DNA of 64,000 nt from Methyloceanibacter sp. GTDB lineage: Bacteria; Pseudomonadota; Alphaproteobacteria; Rhizobiales; Methyloligellaceae. The DNA lies in assembly GCF_035650995.1 (NCBI RefSeq), contig NZ_DASRGO010000031.1, positions 60,134 through 124,133 of the forward strand, given 5' to 3'. Both the position numbers and the translations under genes were made by a program. Below are positions 28,862 through 36,892 of this stretch, piece after piece (within the stretch, counting starts at the first letter, position 1; each line of letters starts with the position of its first letter). The notes below the pieces were generated by a model. It saw only the letters and a list, made by a program, of their open reading frames with translations, was not told the origin of the DNA and made no database searches.

Positions 28862-29278
28862 TCACTCCGGAAGATCGTCGTCGTCGTCGGGGCCTGACAG
28901 GTCCTCGGGTCCCTCGCCGGGCAACTCCGCATCGACGGAATCGCCCGCAACCGGCGCATCGGGATCGTCGAGCGGCCTGAGCGCGTTAGCCGGCGCCTGA
29001 GATGCAGGACCGCCGGCCGCTCCCCGCCATGGCAGCACGGGGAAGACAGAGCTCCCACCGGACGGAGAACCGGACGCCGCTCCTCGCCACGGCAGCACGG
29101 GAAAGACGGACGCTCCGCTCTCGCGCTCGACCTGGACGTTGCCCCTGTTGACGTTGACCTCGATCTCCGAGCCCGGCTGCTCCTCGTCCTGAATCTCGTC
29201 GAAGTCGGATTCGGCCCGCGCCGGCCCTCCCATGGTCAGGGCGAAGGCCGCCATGAGTCCCATCGCCATTCTTCGCAT
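28862..29278 (-). CDS. Secreted acidic, probably disordered protein with a duplicated SVFPVLPWRGAA motif
   Basis: GGGAGG RBS, signal peptide ...PARA|ES, tandem motif, poly-Asp tail. Confidence 0.7.
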   Translation of the reverse strand: MRRMAMGLMAAFALTMGGPARAESDFDEIQDEEQPGSEIEVNVNRGNVQVERESGASVFPVLPWRGAASGSPSGGSSVFPVLPWRGAAGGPASQAPANALRPLDDPDAPVAGDSVDAELPGEGPEDLSGPDDDDDLPE

Positions 29279-29311
29279 GTCGAATCCTCCCGACGCGTTT
29301 GGTCTCGATCT

Positions 29312-30691
29312 TCAGACAGGGACTTTTAGCACGGCCCTGAGACCCCCGAGAGGGGATTTGCTCAAGGCGATGTCGCCGCCGTGGATGCGGGCGATGTCGA
29401 GCGCGATGGCAAGCCCGAGCCCGGTCGAACCGGACTCTTGGGTGCGCGCATGGTCGAGACGATAGAACGGGCGGAACACGCGCTCGTATTCCGATTCAGG
29501 GATGCCCGGACCGTCGTCGTCGACAGTGACGGTAAGCGCGCCGTCCTGGCGCCTGGCCGCGACCTTGATGTGCTCGGCGAAGCGCACGGCGTTGTTGACC
29601 AGATTGGCGACGGCACGCTTGAAGGCATGGCGGCGAAGCGGAACGACGATCGGCGCGCCCTCGATCTCGATCGCGATGTCCTTGGCGCCGTGCGCCTGCG
29701 CTTTCACTTCGCCGAGAATTTCGCCCATGTCCACACGCACGATGTCCTCGCCCGAGCCGCCCTTGGCGAAGGCCATGTAATCCTCGAGCATCGCCTGCAT
29801 TTCGTCGACATCGCTGCGCATCGCCTCGAGCTCGGGACTGTCCTCGAACAAGGCAAGCTGAAGGCGGAAACGGGTGAGCACGGTGCGCAGGTCGTGACTC
29901 ACGCCGGCGAGCATCACCGTGCGCTGCTCGACATGGCGCTCGATACGGTCGCGCATCTCGATGAAGGCGTGCGCCGCTTGGCGCACCTCGCGCGCGCCGC
30001 GCGGGCGGAAGTCCGGCGGCGGCGGGCGCCCCTTGCCGAAGCTGTCGGCCGCTTCCGAGAGGCGCAGGATCGGCTTGATCTGATTGCGCAGGAAGAGGAT
30101 GGCGACGGTGAGCAGAACGAGCGAGGTGCCGACCATCCACAACAGGAAGATCTGTGAATTCGAGGCATAGGTTTGGCTCCGCCGCGCCAGCACGTGCATC
30201 ACCCCGTCGTCGAGCTTGATCCTGATGTCGACGAAATTCGAGCGGCCGACGGTGTCGATCCAGAACGGACGGCCGATCTGCCGGGTGATCTCGTCTGAGA
30301 GCGTGCTGTCGAGCAGATCGAAGAACGGCTTGGAGTTGGCGATCGGCAATTCCTCGCCGGGCACGAAGCGCACGCGAAGCCCGAGATCGTCGGCGGCAAG
30401 CCGCGTCAGCTTCTCGGCGTTGGCATCCTGCGGATATTGGCGATAGATGTCGATGAGAAAGGCGATGTTCTGCACCGTGACCGTCGACAGGCGGTGGGTC
30501 ACCGTCTGCCAGTGCCGTTCGAGGAACACGAAGGTGAGCACCGACTGGAGGAGAACCATCGGCGCGATGATGATGATGAGCGCGCGGGCATAGAGCCCCT
30601 TCGGCATCCGGTCGCCGATGGCCCCGGTGACGCGCCGGTAGAGCGAGCGGCGCACGGGCGCAAGCGGCGGGACCTCTGAGAGCGCGTCCAT
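29312..30691 (-). CDS. EnvZ-like sensor histidine kinase
   Basis: Two TM helices, HAMP, H-box SHDLRT, N-box NLVNNAVRF, DDDGPGI, GTGLGLAI-type G2 box. Confidence 0.93.
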   Translation of the reverse strand: MDALSEVPPLAPVRRSLYRRVTGAIGDRMPKGLYARALIIIIAPMVLLQSVLTFVFLERHWQTVTHRLSTVTVQNIAFLIDIYRQYPQDANAEKLTRLAADDLGLRVRFVPGEELPIANSKPFFDLLDSTLSDEITRQIGRPFWIDTVGRSNFVDIRIKLDDGVMHVLARRSQTYASNSQIFLLWMVGTSLVLLTVAILFLRNQIKPILRLSEAADSFGKGRPPPPDFRPRGAREVRQAAHAFIEMRDRIERHVEQRTVMLAGVSHDLRTVLTRFRLQLALFEDSPELEAMRSDVDEMQAMLEDYMAFAKGGSGEDIVRVDMGEILGEVKAQAHGAKDIAIEIEGAPIVVPLRRHAFKRAVANLVNNAVRFAEHIKVAARRQDGALTVTVDDDGPGIPESEYERVFRPFYRLDHARTQESGSTGLGLAIALDIARIHGGDIALSKSPLGGLRAVLKVPV

Positions 30692-31410
30692 CACTCGGGA
30701 TAGAGAATGTAACCCTTGCCGCGCACGGTCTGGAGATAGACCGGGTTGGCGGGGTCGTTTTCGATCTTGCGGCGCAGGCGGTTGATCTGCACGTCGACCG
30801 CGCGCTCGCCGCCCGAGTCGCCATCCTTGGCGAGTTCCTGGCGGGTGACGGGGATGCCGGGACGCTGGGCGAAATAGCGCAACAGATCGCGCTCGCGCTC
30901 GGTGAGGCGCACCGTCTCGCCGTCGCGCTTCAGCTCGCCGCGGGCGACATGGAACACGAAGGCGCCCATGCGGACCTCGCCCGATGAGGGCGACGACGCG
31001 CCGCGGCGGAGCACGTTGCCGACACGCAAGAGAAGCTCGCGCGGATCGAACGGTTTGGCGAGATAATCGTCGACGCCGGTCTCGAGACCCTCAATACGCT
31101 GCTCGGGCTCGGCGCGCGCAGTCAGCATCAGGATCGGAACCTGCGAGGAGGCCCTGAGCGTGCGGGCGAAGTCGAGGCCCGATTCCCTCGGCATCATGAC
31201 GTCGAGGATGATGAGATCGAAGGTAAGGCCGCGCATGGTGCCGCGCGCTGTCTCGGCGTCGACCGCGGTGGTCACGCGGAAGCCATTGTCCTGGAGATAG
31301 CGGGCGAGCAGGTCGCGGATGCGGCTGTCGTCGTCGACAACGAGGATGTGCGGCGCGTTGTCGTCGGGCGCCGCCTTGCGCTGGGCCTTGATCGGCGTTG
31401 GCAACGTCAT
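30691..31410 (-). CDS. OmpR-family response regulator (PetR-like)
   Basis: VVDDD, DVMMP, KPFDPREL, DVQINRLRRKIE, TVRGKGY. Confidence 0.95.
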   Translation of the reverse strand: MTLPTPIKAQRKAAPDDNAPHILVVDDDSRIRDLLARYLQDNGFRVTTAVDAETARGTMRGLTFDLIILDVMMPRESGLDFARTLRASSQVPILMLTARAEPEQRIEGLETGVDDYLAKPFDPRELLLRVGNVLRRGASSPSSGEVRMGAFVFHVARGELKRDGETVRLTERERDLLRYFAQRPGIPVTRQELAKDGDSGGERAVDVQINRLRRKIENDPANPVYLQTVRGKGYILYPE

Positions 31411-31994
31411 TGCCCTCCTCCCTTGCCGCCCTCCTTGAGCGGGACTGGAGAGGCGGCCATGATGGAGGAAACTTTGGGCCGTTCTTCGGCATTGACCATG
31501 ACCTCGAGGAAGCGGCGAACAACGGCCTCGGCGCCCGGCCCCGCCGCCTGCAAGGCCGCGGCAAGCCTGACCGATTGCGGCGCCGCCAGCCGCTCGGCGA
31601 GCGCGCGTCCCTTTTCGGTCGGGAACAGCTGCCGCTCGCGGCGGTCCGAGCTTCCGGCGCGCTGCACGACGTAACCCTTGTCGATCAACTGCTTCAGCAC
31701 GCGGGACAGGCTCTGCTTGGTGATGTTGAGCACGTCGAGCAGATCGGCGACGCGCAAGCCGGAATGGCGGTTGACGAAATGGAGCACGCGGTGATGCGCC
31801 CGGCCGAAATCGAAATCGGCGAGGATGGCATCGGGATCGCGGGTGAAGTCGCGATAGGCAAAGAACAAGAGCTCGGCGAATTCGAGCAGCTTCGCCTCCG
31901 ACGGGGAGGGGGCTTTGCGCGCCGGGCCGCCGTTGCCGCGGCGCTTGGTCCCGGTCTTCACGCCGCCGGAGAGAGGTTCATTTAGGTCAGTCAT
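31407..31994 (-). CDS. MarR-family regulator (PetP-like)
   Basis: ELLFFAYRDF, GRAHHRVLHF, ITKQSLSRVLKQL, DRRERQL. Confidence 0.92.
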   Translation of the reverse strand: MTDLNEPLSGGVKTGTKRRGNGGPARKAPSPSEAKLLEFAELLFFAYRDFTRDPDAILADFDFGRAHHRVLHFVNRHSGLRVADLLDVLNITKQSLSRVLKQLIDKGYVVQRAGSSDRRERQLFPTEKGRALAERLAAPQSVRLAAALQAAGPGAEAVVRRFLEVMVNAEERPKVSSIMAASPVPLKEGGKGGGQ

Positions 31995-32040
31995 GTTGAC
32001 TTATTTTTCGCGGTCCATTATGTCAGCCATGTTGACTTAT
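31986..32040. promoter_or_regulatory. Twin 19-bp operators GTCAG(T/C)CATGTTGACTTAT
   Basis: Copies at 31986-32004 (over the marR start codon) and 32022-32040. Core is a GTCA-N7-TGAC pseudo-palindrome. Confidence 0.7.
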
Positions 32041-32170
32041 TCCGGACCTTGATACGCCTCGCCGCCTGCTCGCGCAATTGCCGCGCGAGGTGTTATGAGA
32101 GGCGCTTGCCAAGGGCCGGTCTCCGGCTCGCTTGCAAGAAGGCCGGGCTTTGCTTCATGGAGGAAGGCTC

Positions 32171-33082
32171 ATGGCAATCGTCCCTTACGACCAGCGCGAC
32201 GGCTTCATCTGGCTGAACGGCCAGCTCGTGCCGTGGAGCGATGCGCGCGTGCACGTGTTGACGCACGGTCTGCATTACGCGAGCGCCGTGTTCGAAGGGA
32301 TGCGCGCCTATGACGGCGAGATCTTCAAGCTCACCGAGCACAATCAGCGCCTGCACGAGTCGGCCAAGATTCTCGACTTCGAGATTCCCTATTCCGTCGC
32401 CGAACTGGACAAGGCGGCGCGCGACCTGTTGCGCGCCAACAAGCTCACCGGAAGCGACGTCCATCCCTATCTGCGTCCGATCGCCTGGCGCGGCAGCGAG
32501 CAGATGGGCGTTTCCGCCCAGATGACCAAGGTCAATGTCGCGATCGCCGCCTGGGACTGGGGCTCCTATTTCGATCCTGCGGCGCGCCTTAAAGGTCTCA
32601 GGCTGACCTTCGCGCAATATCGCCGGCCCGATCCGCGCACCGCGCCGACCAAGAGCAAGGCGGCCGGTCTTTACATGATCTGCACGCTGGAGAAGCACCG
32701 GGCCGAGCGCGCCGGTTACAATGACGCGCTGATGCTCGATTGGCGCGGACAGATCGCGGAGGCCACCGGCGCCAACATTTTTTTCGTCAAGGACGGCGTG
32801 TTGCACACGCCGCTGCCCGACTGCTTCCTCAATGGCATCACGCGGCAGACCGTGATCGGGCTTGCCAAGCAGCGCGGGTTGAAGGTGATCGAGCGGGCGA
32901 TCATGCCCGAGGAGCTGTCGGAGTTCTCCGAGTGCTTCATCACCGGCACGGCAGCCGAGGTCACGTCGGTCTCCGAGATCGGGCCGTACAAATTCGCGCT
33001 CGGCGACATCACGCGCACCCTGATGGACGACTACACCGCGCTCGTGCATCCGGCCAAGGTGCGCGCCGCCGCCGCGGGGTAG
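32171..33082 (+). CDS. ilvE: Branched-chain amino acid aminotransferase (class IV)
   Basis: HVLTHGLHYASAVFEG, KAAGLY, EATGANIFF, LNGITRQTV, TGTAAEV. Confidence 0.93.
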   Translation: MAIVPYDQRDGFIWLNGQLVPWSDARVHVLTHGLHYASAVFEGMRAYDGEIFKLTEHNQRLHESAKILDFEIPYSVAELDKAARDLLRANKLTGSDVHPYLRPIAWRGSEQMGVSAQMTKVNVAIAAWDWGSYFDPAARLKGLRLTFAQYRRPDPRTAPTKSKAAGLYMICTLEKHRAERAGYNDALMLDWRGQIAEATGANIFFVKDGVLHTPLPDCFLNGITRQTVIGLAKQRGLKVIERAIMPEELSEFSECFITGTAAEVTSVSEIGPYKFALGDITRTLMDDYTALVHPAKVRAAAAG

Positions 33083-33124
33083 GGGCTTACGACAGACCGA
33101 GGGACGAGGTCCGGAGACGACGAA

Positions 33125-33313
33125 ATGGGACGCCCGCCTTTGAAGCAAGCCTACACCGTCTCTTACGCAAAGGACGGAATCGAGCTGAAGCGCTACACGA
33201 TCACCGCGCTCACGCAGCTCGCCGCCGAGACCGAGGCTGACAGCCGGTTTCTGCGCGCGCATCCCGAGATCAAGGCGCTGGACACTATCGCCCGGCGTGT
33301 CGAAGCGCATTGA
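33125..33313 (+). CDS. Small hypothetical protein (62 aa)
   Basis: GGAG upstream, GC3-rich codons, fills the gap after ilvE. Confidence 0.5.
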   Translation: MGRPPLKQAYTVSYAKDGIELKRYTITALTQLAAETEADSRFLRAHPEIKALDTIARRVEAH

Positions 33314-33366
33314 CGAAAAGTCTAAGTCTTTGTCCGCGCTCGCGAATTTCAAACACTTGGCAGCCC

Positions 33367-33395
33367 CTTGAAATTCATTCTGCCATGACCATCTA
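33367..33395 (+). promoter_or_regulatory. RpoH (sigma32)-like promoter
   Basis: CTTGAA-N16-CCATCTA directly before a hairpin. Confidence 0.45.
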
Positions 33396-33495
33396 GGGGG
33401 AACGATGGGTCCTTCCCTCCCCATCGATGTTCCCCCCAAAGGAACCGAAGAATGCCCCGCTCCCCCCGTGCGGGGCTTCTTCTTTTGGGGGGAAC
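33396..33495 (+). ncRNA. Candidate structured sRNA with C-rich loops (cuckoo/alpha-r14-like)
   Basis: Hairpin GGGGGAACGATGGG-TCCTTCCCTC-CCCATCGATGTTCCCCC. Second hairpin GCCCCGC-TCCCCCCGT-GCGGGGC followed by a T-rich tract. No ORF with an RBS. Confidence 0.5.
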
Positions 33496-33565
33496 GCTCG
33501 CTCAAATCAGCCGGACTTTCCGCAAGCGTTGCTCGATGAAGGTCCCTGCGTGTACCGGCTTCCCG

Positions 33566-33838
33566 CTAAGTGGGGCCGAAGGGGCCCAGCGCGCCCCGTC
33601 CCGGGGCTTCTCCATATTGGCTATCGAGGTGCGGCGATCCAGGATCGGGGAAGGTTCCGGCGGGCAGGTCCTTGTCGGCGACCCATTCGATGCTCTTCGG
33701 CAAGGCGCCGTCGGTCTCGATGAGTTCCTTCACCGCGAGCCACGGCCTCTTGAGGGGGCTGACCGGCAGCGGATCGTTGTGCGAGCGGATGGCGCGCAAT
33801 GGCGCGCCGACCTGTAAGCTTGCTTCCGATTCCCGCAC
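33566..33838 (-). CDS. Hypothetical protein (90 aa)
   Basis: GC3-biased codons on the minus strand, GTG start, no recognisable motif. Confidence 0.35.
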   Translation of the reverse strand: MRESEASLQVGAPLRAIRSHNDPLPVSPLKRPWLAVKELIETDGALPKSIEWVADKDLPAGTFPDPGSPHLDSQYGEAPGRGALGPFGPT

Positions 33839-33930
33839 TGACTGCTACTAGCTAGCTTCGGCTGGCTAGGATTTTATTCTCACAAGATCGGGCGGGGATA
33901 AGCGCGGGGTCCTCGTGTTAGTCTCGCCGC

Positions 33931-34611
33931 ATGAAGCGCATGGGTGAAACGTCGGTCGCGGAGCGGGGCAGGGCGGAGTTGCCGGAGTTCGATGCTGCGT
34001 TCCGGAAGAAGCTGCTCGATCTTTTGCGATGGCGGCGGGACGTGCGCCGCTTCGAGCGGAGGCCGCTGCCCGACGGCGCGGTCGAGCGGCTGATCTCTGT
34101 CGCCTGCCTCTCGCCCTCGGTCGGGCTCTCTGAACCGTGGCGCTTCGTTCTCGTCGAGGATCACGTGCGCCGCGCCGCGATCCGAAAATGCTTCGAGGAC
34201 TGCAACGCGGACGCGCTTCGCGCGCAGACGCCCGACCGCGCCGCGCTCTATGCGCGGCTCAAGCTCGCGGGCCTCGACGATGCGCCCTGCCAGGTGGCCG
34301 TATTCGCCGATCATGGAACCGCGCAAGGGAAAGGGCTCGGCCGTGCCACCATGCCCGAGACGCTCGATTATTCCGTCGCCATCGCCATCCACACGCTCTG
34401 GCTCGCCGCGCGCGCAGAAGGCTTGGGCCTCGGCTGGGTGTCGATCCTCGATCCGGAGCGCGTCAAGGCGATCCTCGAGGTGCCGGAGGCGTGGATCTTC
34501 ATCGGCCATCTCTGCATCGGCTTCCCTGTCGCCGAGGACGACACTCCGGCACTTGAGCGCGAGGGCTGGGAGCATCGCCGCGCGCCGCACGGCACGCTCC
34601 TCTACCGCTGA
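33931..34611 (+). CDS. bluB: 5,6-dimethylbenzimidazole synthase
   Basis: WRRDVRRF, SPSVGLSEPWRF, YARLKLAGL, TLWLAARAEGLGLGWVSI. Confidence 0.92.
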   Translation: MKRMGETSVAERGRAELPEFDAAFRKKLLDLLRWRRDVRRFERRPLPDGAVERLISVACLSPSVGLSEPWRFVLVEDHVRRAAIRKCFEDCNADALRAQTPDRAALYARLKLAGLDDAPCQVAVFADHGTAQGKGLGRATMPETLDYSVAIAIHTLWLAARAEGLGLGWVSILDPERVKAILEVPEAWIFIGHLCIGFPVAEDDTPALEREGWEHRRAPHGTLLYR

Positions 34612-34623
34612 GCTTCCCATGAA

Positions 34624-34715
34624 CACGTCATGCCCCGCCTTGAGCCGGGCATCCAGGGGCAATGAACTCCACGCGCGCGGCCCTGGATCGCCGGGTCAAG
34701 CCCGGCGATGACGTG
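34624..34715. repeat. REP-like element GTCATGCCC...GGGCATCCA / TGGATCGCCGGGTCAAGCCCGGCGATGAC
   Basis: Two-armed palindrome after bluB, matching a repeat family common in Rhizobiales. Confidence 0.75.
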
Positions 34716-34834
34716 ATTTGGAGTGCCGGGTCTCGCCAAAGCCAGTGCTTGATCCTAAGGCCTGCAAGCGGCACTCTTAAGGGGGAGCGGGAGCCACGGG
34801 GCAACTGGCGCTCGCGCTTCAAGGGGGGCGCGCC

Positions 34835-35101
34835 ATGCGCAACATCGTCTCCAGGCTTGGCTTGGCCGGACTGCTCGCGGCCGGCATCGTGGCGCTGACC
34901 GCGGGAGAGGCGAACGCGCTCAAGTGGAAGGACTGTCAGGAGATCGCGCCGTGCACCGGCTGCCGCGCGGTCTACAAGTGCCGCTCCTGCTCCTACCAGC
35001 GCGAATGTGTGCGCGGCATCTGCCAATGGGGCGATGTGTGCGTGTGGAGCCCGGCGATGAAAGTCCTGCCGCGCGGCGCCCGCATCATCACGGTGCAGTA
35101 G
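34835..35101 (+). CDS. Secreted cysteine-rich miniprotein (8 Cys)
   Basis: Signal peptide ...GEANA|LKW. Mature part DCQEIAPCTGCRAVYKCRSCSYQRECVRGICQWGDVCVW. Confidence 0.75.
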   Translation: MRNIVSRLGLAGLLAAGIVALTAGEANALKWKDCQEIAPCTGCRAVYKCRSCSYQRECVRGICQWGDVCVWSPAMKVLPRGARIITVQ

Positions 35102-35105
35102 TTCG

Positions 35106-35474
35106 CTAGCGGCCGAGAAGGACCTCGCGCAGCACGACGGCATCGTTGTGCGCCTCGTCGTGGGCGGCATAGACGAGCGTGAGCGGGCCGTTCCGCGCAA
35201 GCGATTTGAGCTCTTCGAGGAGGCCGGGATACTCGCGCAGTTCTTGGCGATAGCGGCGGCGAAACTCCGCCCAGCGCTTCGGATCGTGCGCGAACCACCG
35301 GCGAAGCTCGGTCGAGGGGGCGATCTCCTTCATCCAGCGGTCGAGCGCGACTTTCTCTTTGGAGATACCGCGCGGCCAGAGCCTATCGATAAGGATGCGC
35401 GTCCCGTCTGCGGGCGAGGGCTTGTCATAGGCCCGCTTCAGCTTGATGTTGGCGGTGGGGACCTTGGCAGCCAT
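35106..35474 (-). CDS. DUF488 (YeaO-like) protein
   Basis: IKLKRAY, RILIDRLWPRGISKE, APSTELRRWF, LVYAAHD, NDAVVL. Confidence 0.88.
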   Translation of the reverse strand: MAAKVPTANIKLKRAYDKPSPADGTRILIDRLWPRGISKEKVALDRWMKEIAPSTELRRWFAHDPKRWAEFRRRYRQELREYPGLLEELKSLARNGPLTLVYAAHDEAHNDAVVLREVLLGR

Positions 35475-35480
35475 CGGCAT

Positions 35481-35942
35481 TTATTCGGCGGCGGGCTTCG
35501 GTCTGCTCCAGCGCGCGCGGGCAGCGTCGTCGCGCGCCGCAGCCTCGACCCAGCGGCTTCCACCCTTGCCGCTCTCCTTCTTCCAGAACGGCGCGGATGT
35601 CTTGAGGTAGTCCATCAGGAAGCGTGCGGCCTCGAAGGCGGCGTCGCGATGCTCCGACGCGGTGAGCACGAGCACGATATTGTCGCCGGGCAAGAGCCGG
35701 CCATAGCGATGCACGATGAGGGAGGCCTGCAGCGGCCATCGCGCTTTCGCCTCTTGCTCGATCTTGGCAAGCTCGGCTTCCGTCATGCCCGGGTAATGCT
35801 CGAGCGTCAGCTCCTCGATCGCGCCCATCTGGTCGCGCACCGCGCCGATGAAGCTCACGATCGCTCCGATGTCCGTGCGGCTGCCCTTGAGAGCGGCGAT
35901 CTCGACACCGACGTCGAAGTCTTCCTGCTGCACCCGGATCAT
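35481..35942 (-). CDS. moaE: Molybdopterin synthase catalytic subunit
   Basis: IRVQQEDFD, LEHYPGMTE, HRDAAFEAARFLMDYLKTSAPFWKKE. Confidence 0.95.
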   Translation of the reverse strand: MIRVQQEDFDVGVEIAALKGSRTDIGAIVSFIGAVRDQMGAIEELTLEHYPGMTEAELAKIEQEAKARWPLQASLIVHRYGRLLPGDNIVLVLTASEHRDAAFEAARFLMDYLKTSAPFWKKESGKGGSRWVEAAARDDAARARWSRPKPAAE

Positions 35943-35943
35943 T

Positions 35944-36195
35944 TCAGCCTCCGGTGACCGGCGGGAAAAAGGCGATCTCGCGCGCGCCGCCGATGTGCGC
36001 GTCACGGCGAACATGGGAATGGTCGATCGCAGCGCGGATCACCTCCTCGCGGGCAAAGGCGTTGGCGAATTCGGGTCCTCGCGTCTTGAGCCAGGCGATC
36101 AGCTCGCCGACCGTCGCGATCTCGGGCGGAAGCACGATGTCTTCCGAGGCCTTGCCGACCTTTTCTTTCACCCAGGCGAAATAGAGGAGCCGCAT
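35944..36195 (-). CDS. moaD: Molybdopterin synthase sulfur carrier subunit
   Basis: LLYFAWVKEKVG...EIAFFPPVTGG with C-terminal GG. Confidence 0.95.
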   Translation of the reverse strand: MRLLYFAWVKEKVGKASEDIVLPPEIATVGELIAWLKTRGPEFANAFAREEVIRAAIDHSHVRRDAHIGGAREIAFFPPVTGG

Positions 36196-36210
36196 GGCTA
36201 GTTCCTTTAG

Positions 36211-36264
36211 TTTGAGCATCATCTTATCGGAAAACCGGTTCCCACTTTTCCGGATGATGCTCTA
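36211..36264. repeat. Rhizobiales GAGCATCATC...AAAACCGGTTCCCACTTTT...GATGATGCTC element
   Basis: GAGCATCATC/GATGATGCTC inverted ends. It supplies the pgsA stop codon and creates a false N-terminal extension of moaD. Confidence 0.7.
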
Positions 36265-36891
36265 CTCCTCATCGGTCATGACGTGGCCGAATGCCGCGCG
36301 GAGATAATCGTAGCCGGTATAGAGGGTGAAGACCGCCGCGATCCACAGCAGCGTCAGCCCGAACAGCGTGGTGAAGGGCCAGATCTTGTCGCCGGCGCTG
36401 CCGGCCAGCAGGAAGCCGATCGCCACCATCTGGATCACGGTCTTCCATTTGGCGAGAGTGGTGACGGGAACCGGCACGGCGAGCGTGCCGAGGAACTCGC
36501 GCAGGCCCGAGACCAGGATCTCGCGGCAGAGAATGATCACGCCCGCCCACAGCGACCAGCCGGCGATGGTACCGTCGGCGGCAAGCATGAGAAGCGCCGC
36601 TGCTACGATCAGCTTGTCGGCGATCGGATCGAGCATGCGTCCGATCGCGCTCTGCTGCTCCCAGGCGCGGGCGAGATAGCCGTCGAGGAAGTCGCTGACG
36701 CCGGCGGCGATGAAAATCCACATCGCGGTCCACCGGCCCCAATCGCCGTGGACGAAGAAGCAGGCCACCAGCGCCGGAATGGCGAGGATGCGGAAAAAGG
36801 TGAGCAGATTGGGCAGGTTTACGAAGCGTCCGCGACCGGCTCCGCGCCGGCCCACCACGCCCGTTCCGGCAGTGCCGGTTTGTCCGCTCAT
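36262..36891 (-). CDS. pgsA: CDP-diacylglycerol--glycerol-3-phosphate 3-phosphatidyltransferase
   Basis: NLPNLLTFFRI, DFLDGYLAR, GRMLDPIADK, REILVSGLRE, AKWKT. Confidence 0.96.
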   Translation of the reverse strand: MSGQTGTAGTGVVGRRGAGRGRFVNLPNLLTFFRILAIPALVACFFVHGDWGRWTAMWIFIAAGVSDFLDGYLARAWEQQSAIGRMLDPIADKLIVAAALLMLAADGTIAGWSLWAGVIILCREILVSGLREFLGTLAVPVPVTTLAKWKTVIQMVAIGFLLAGSAGDKIWPFTTLFGLTLLWIAAVFTLYTGYDYLRAAFGHVMTDEE

Positions 36892-36892
36892 G

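Noticed and set aside
28862-29278. RiPP biosynthetic cluster around the repeated peptide
   Set aside because: No modifying enzyme, peptidase or transporter is adjacent.
33500-33930. Possible cobalamin riboswitch upstream of bluB
   Set aside because: Fragments such as GGGAAGG, GAGCCAC and CTGTAA occur, but not in B12-box order or spacing.
36196-36222. N-terminal extension of MoaD (MMLKLKELA)
   Set aside because: It derives from the inserted palindromic repeat. The ATG at 36195 gives a normal MoaD.
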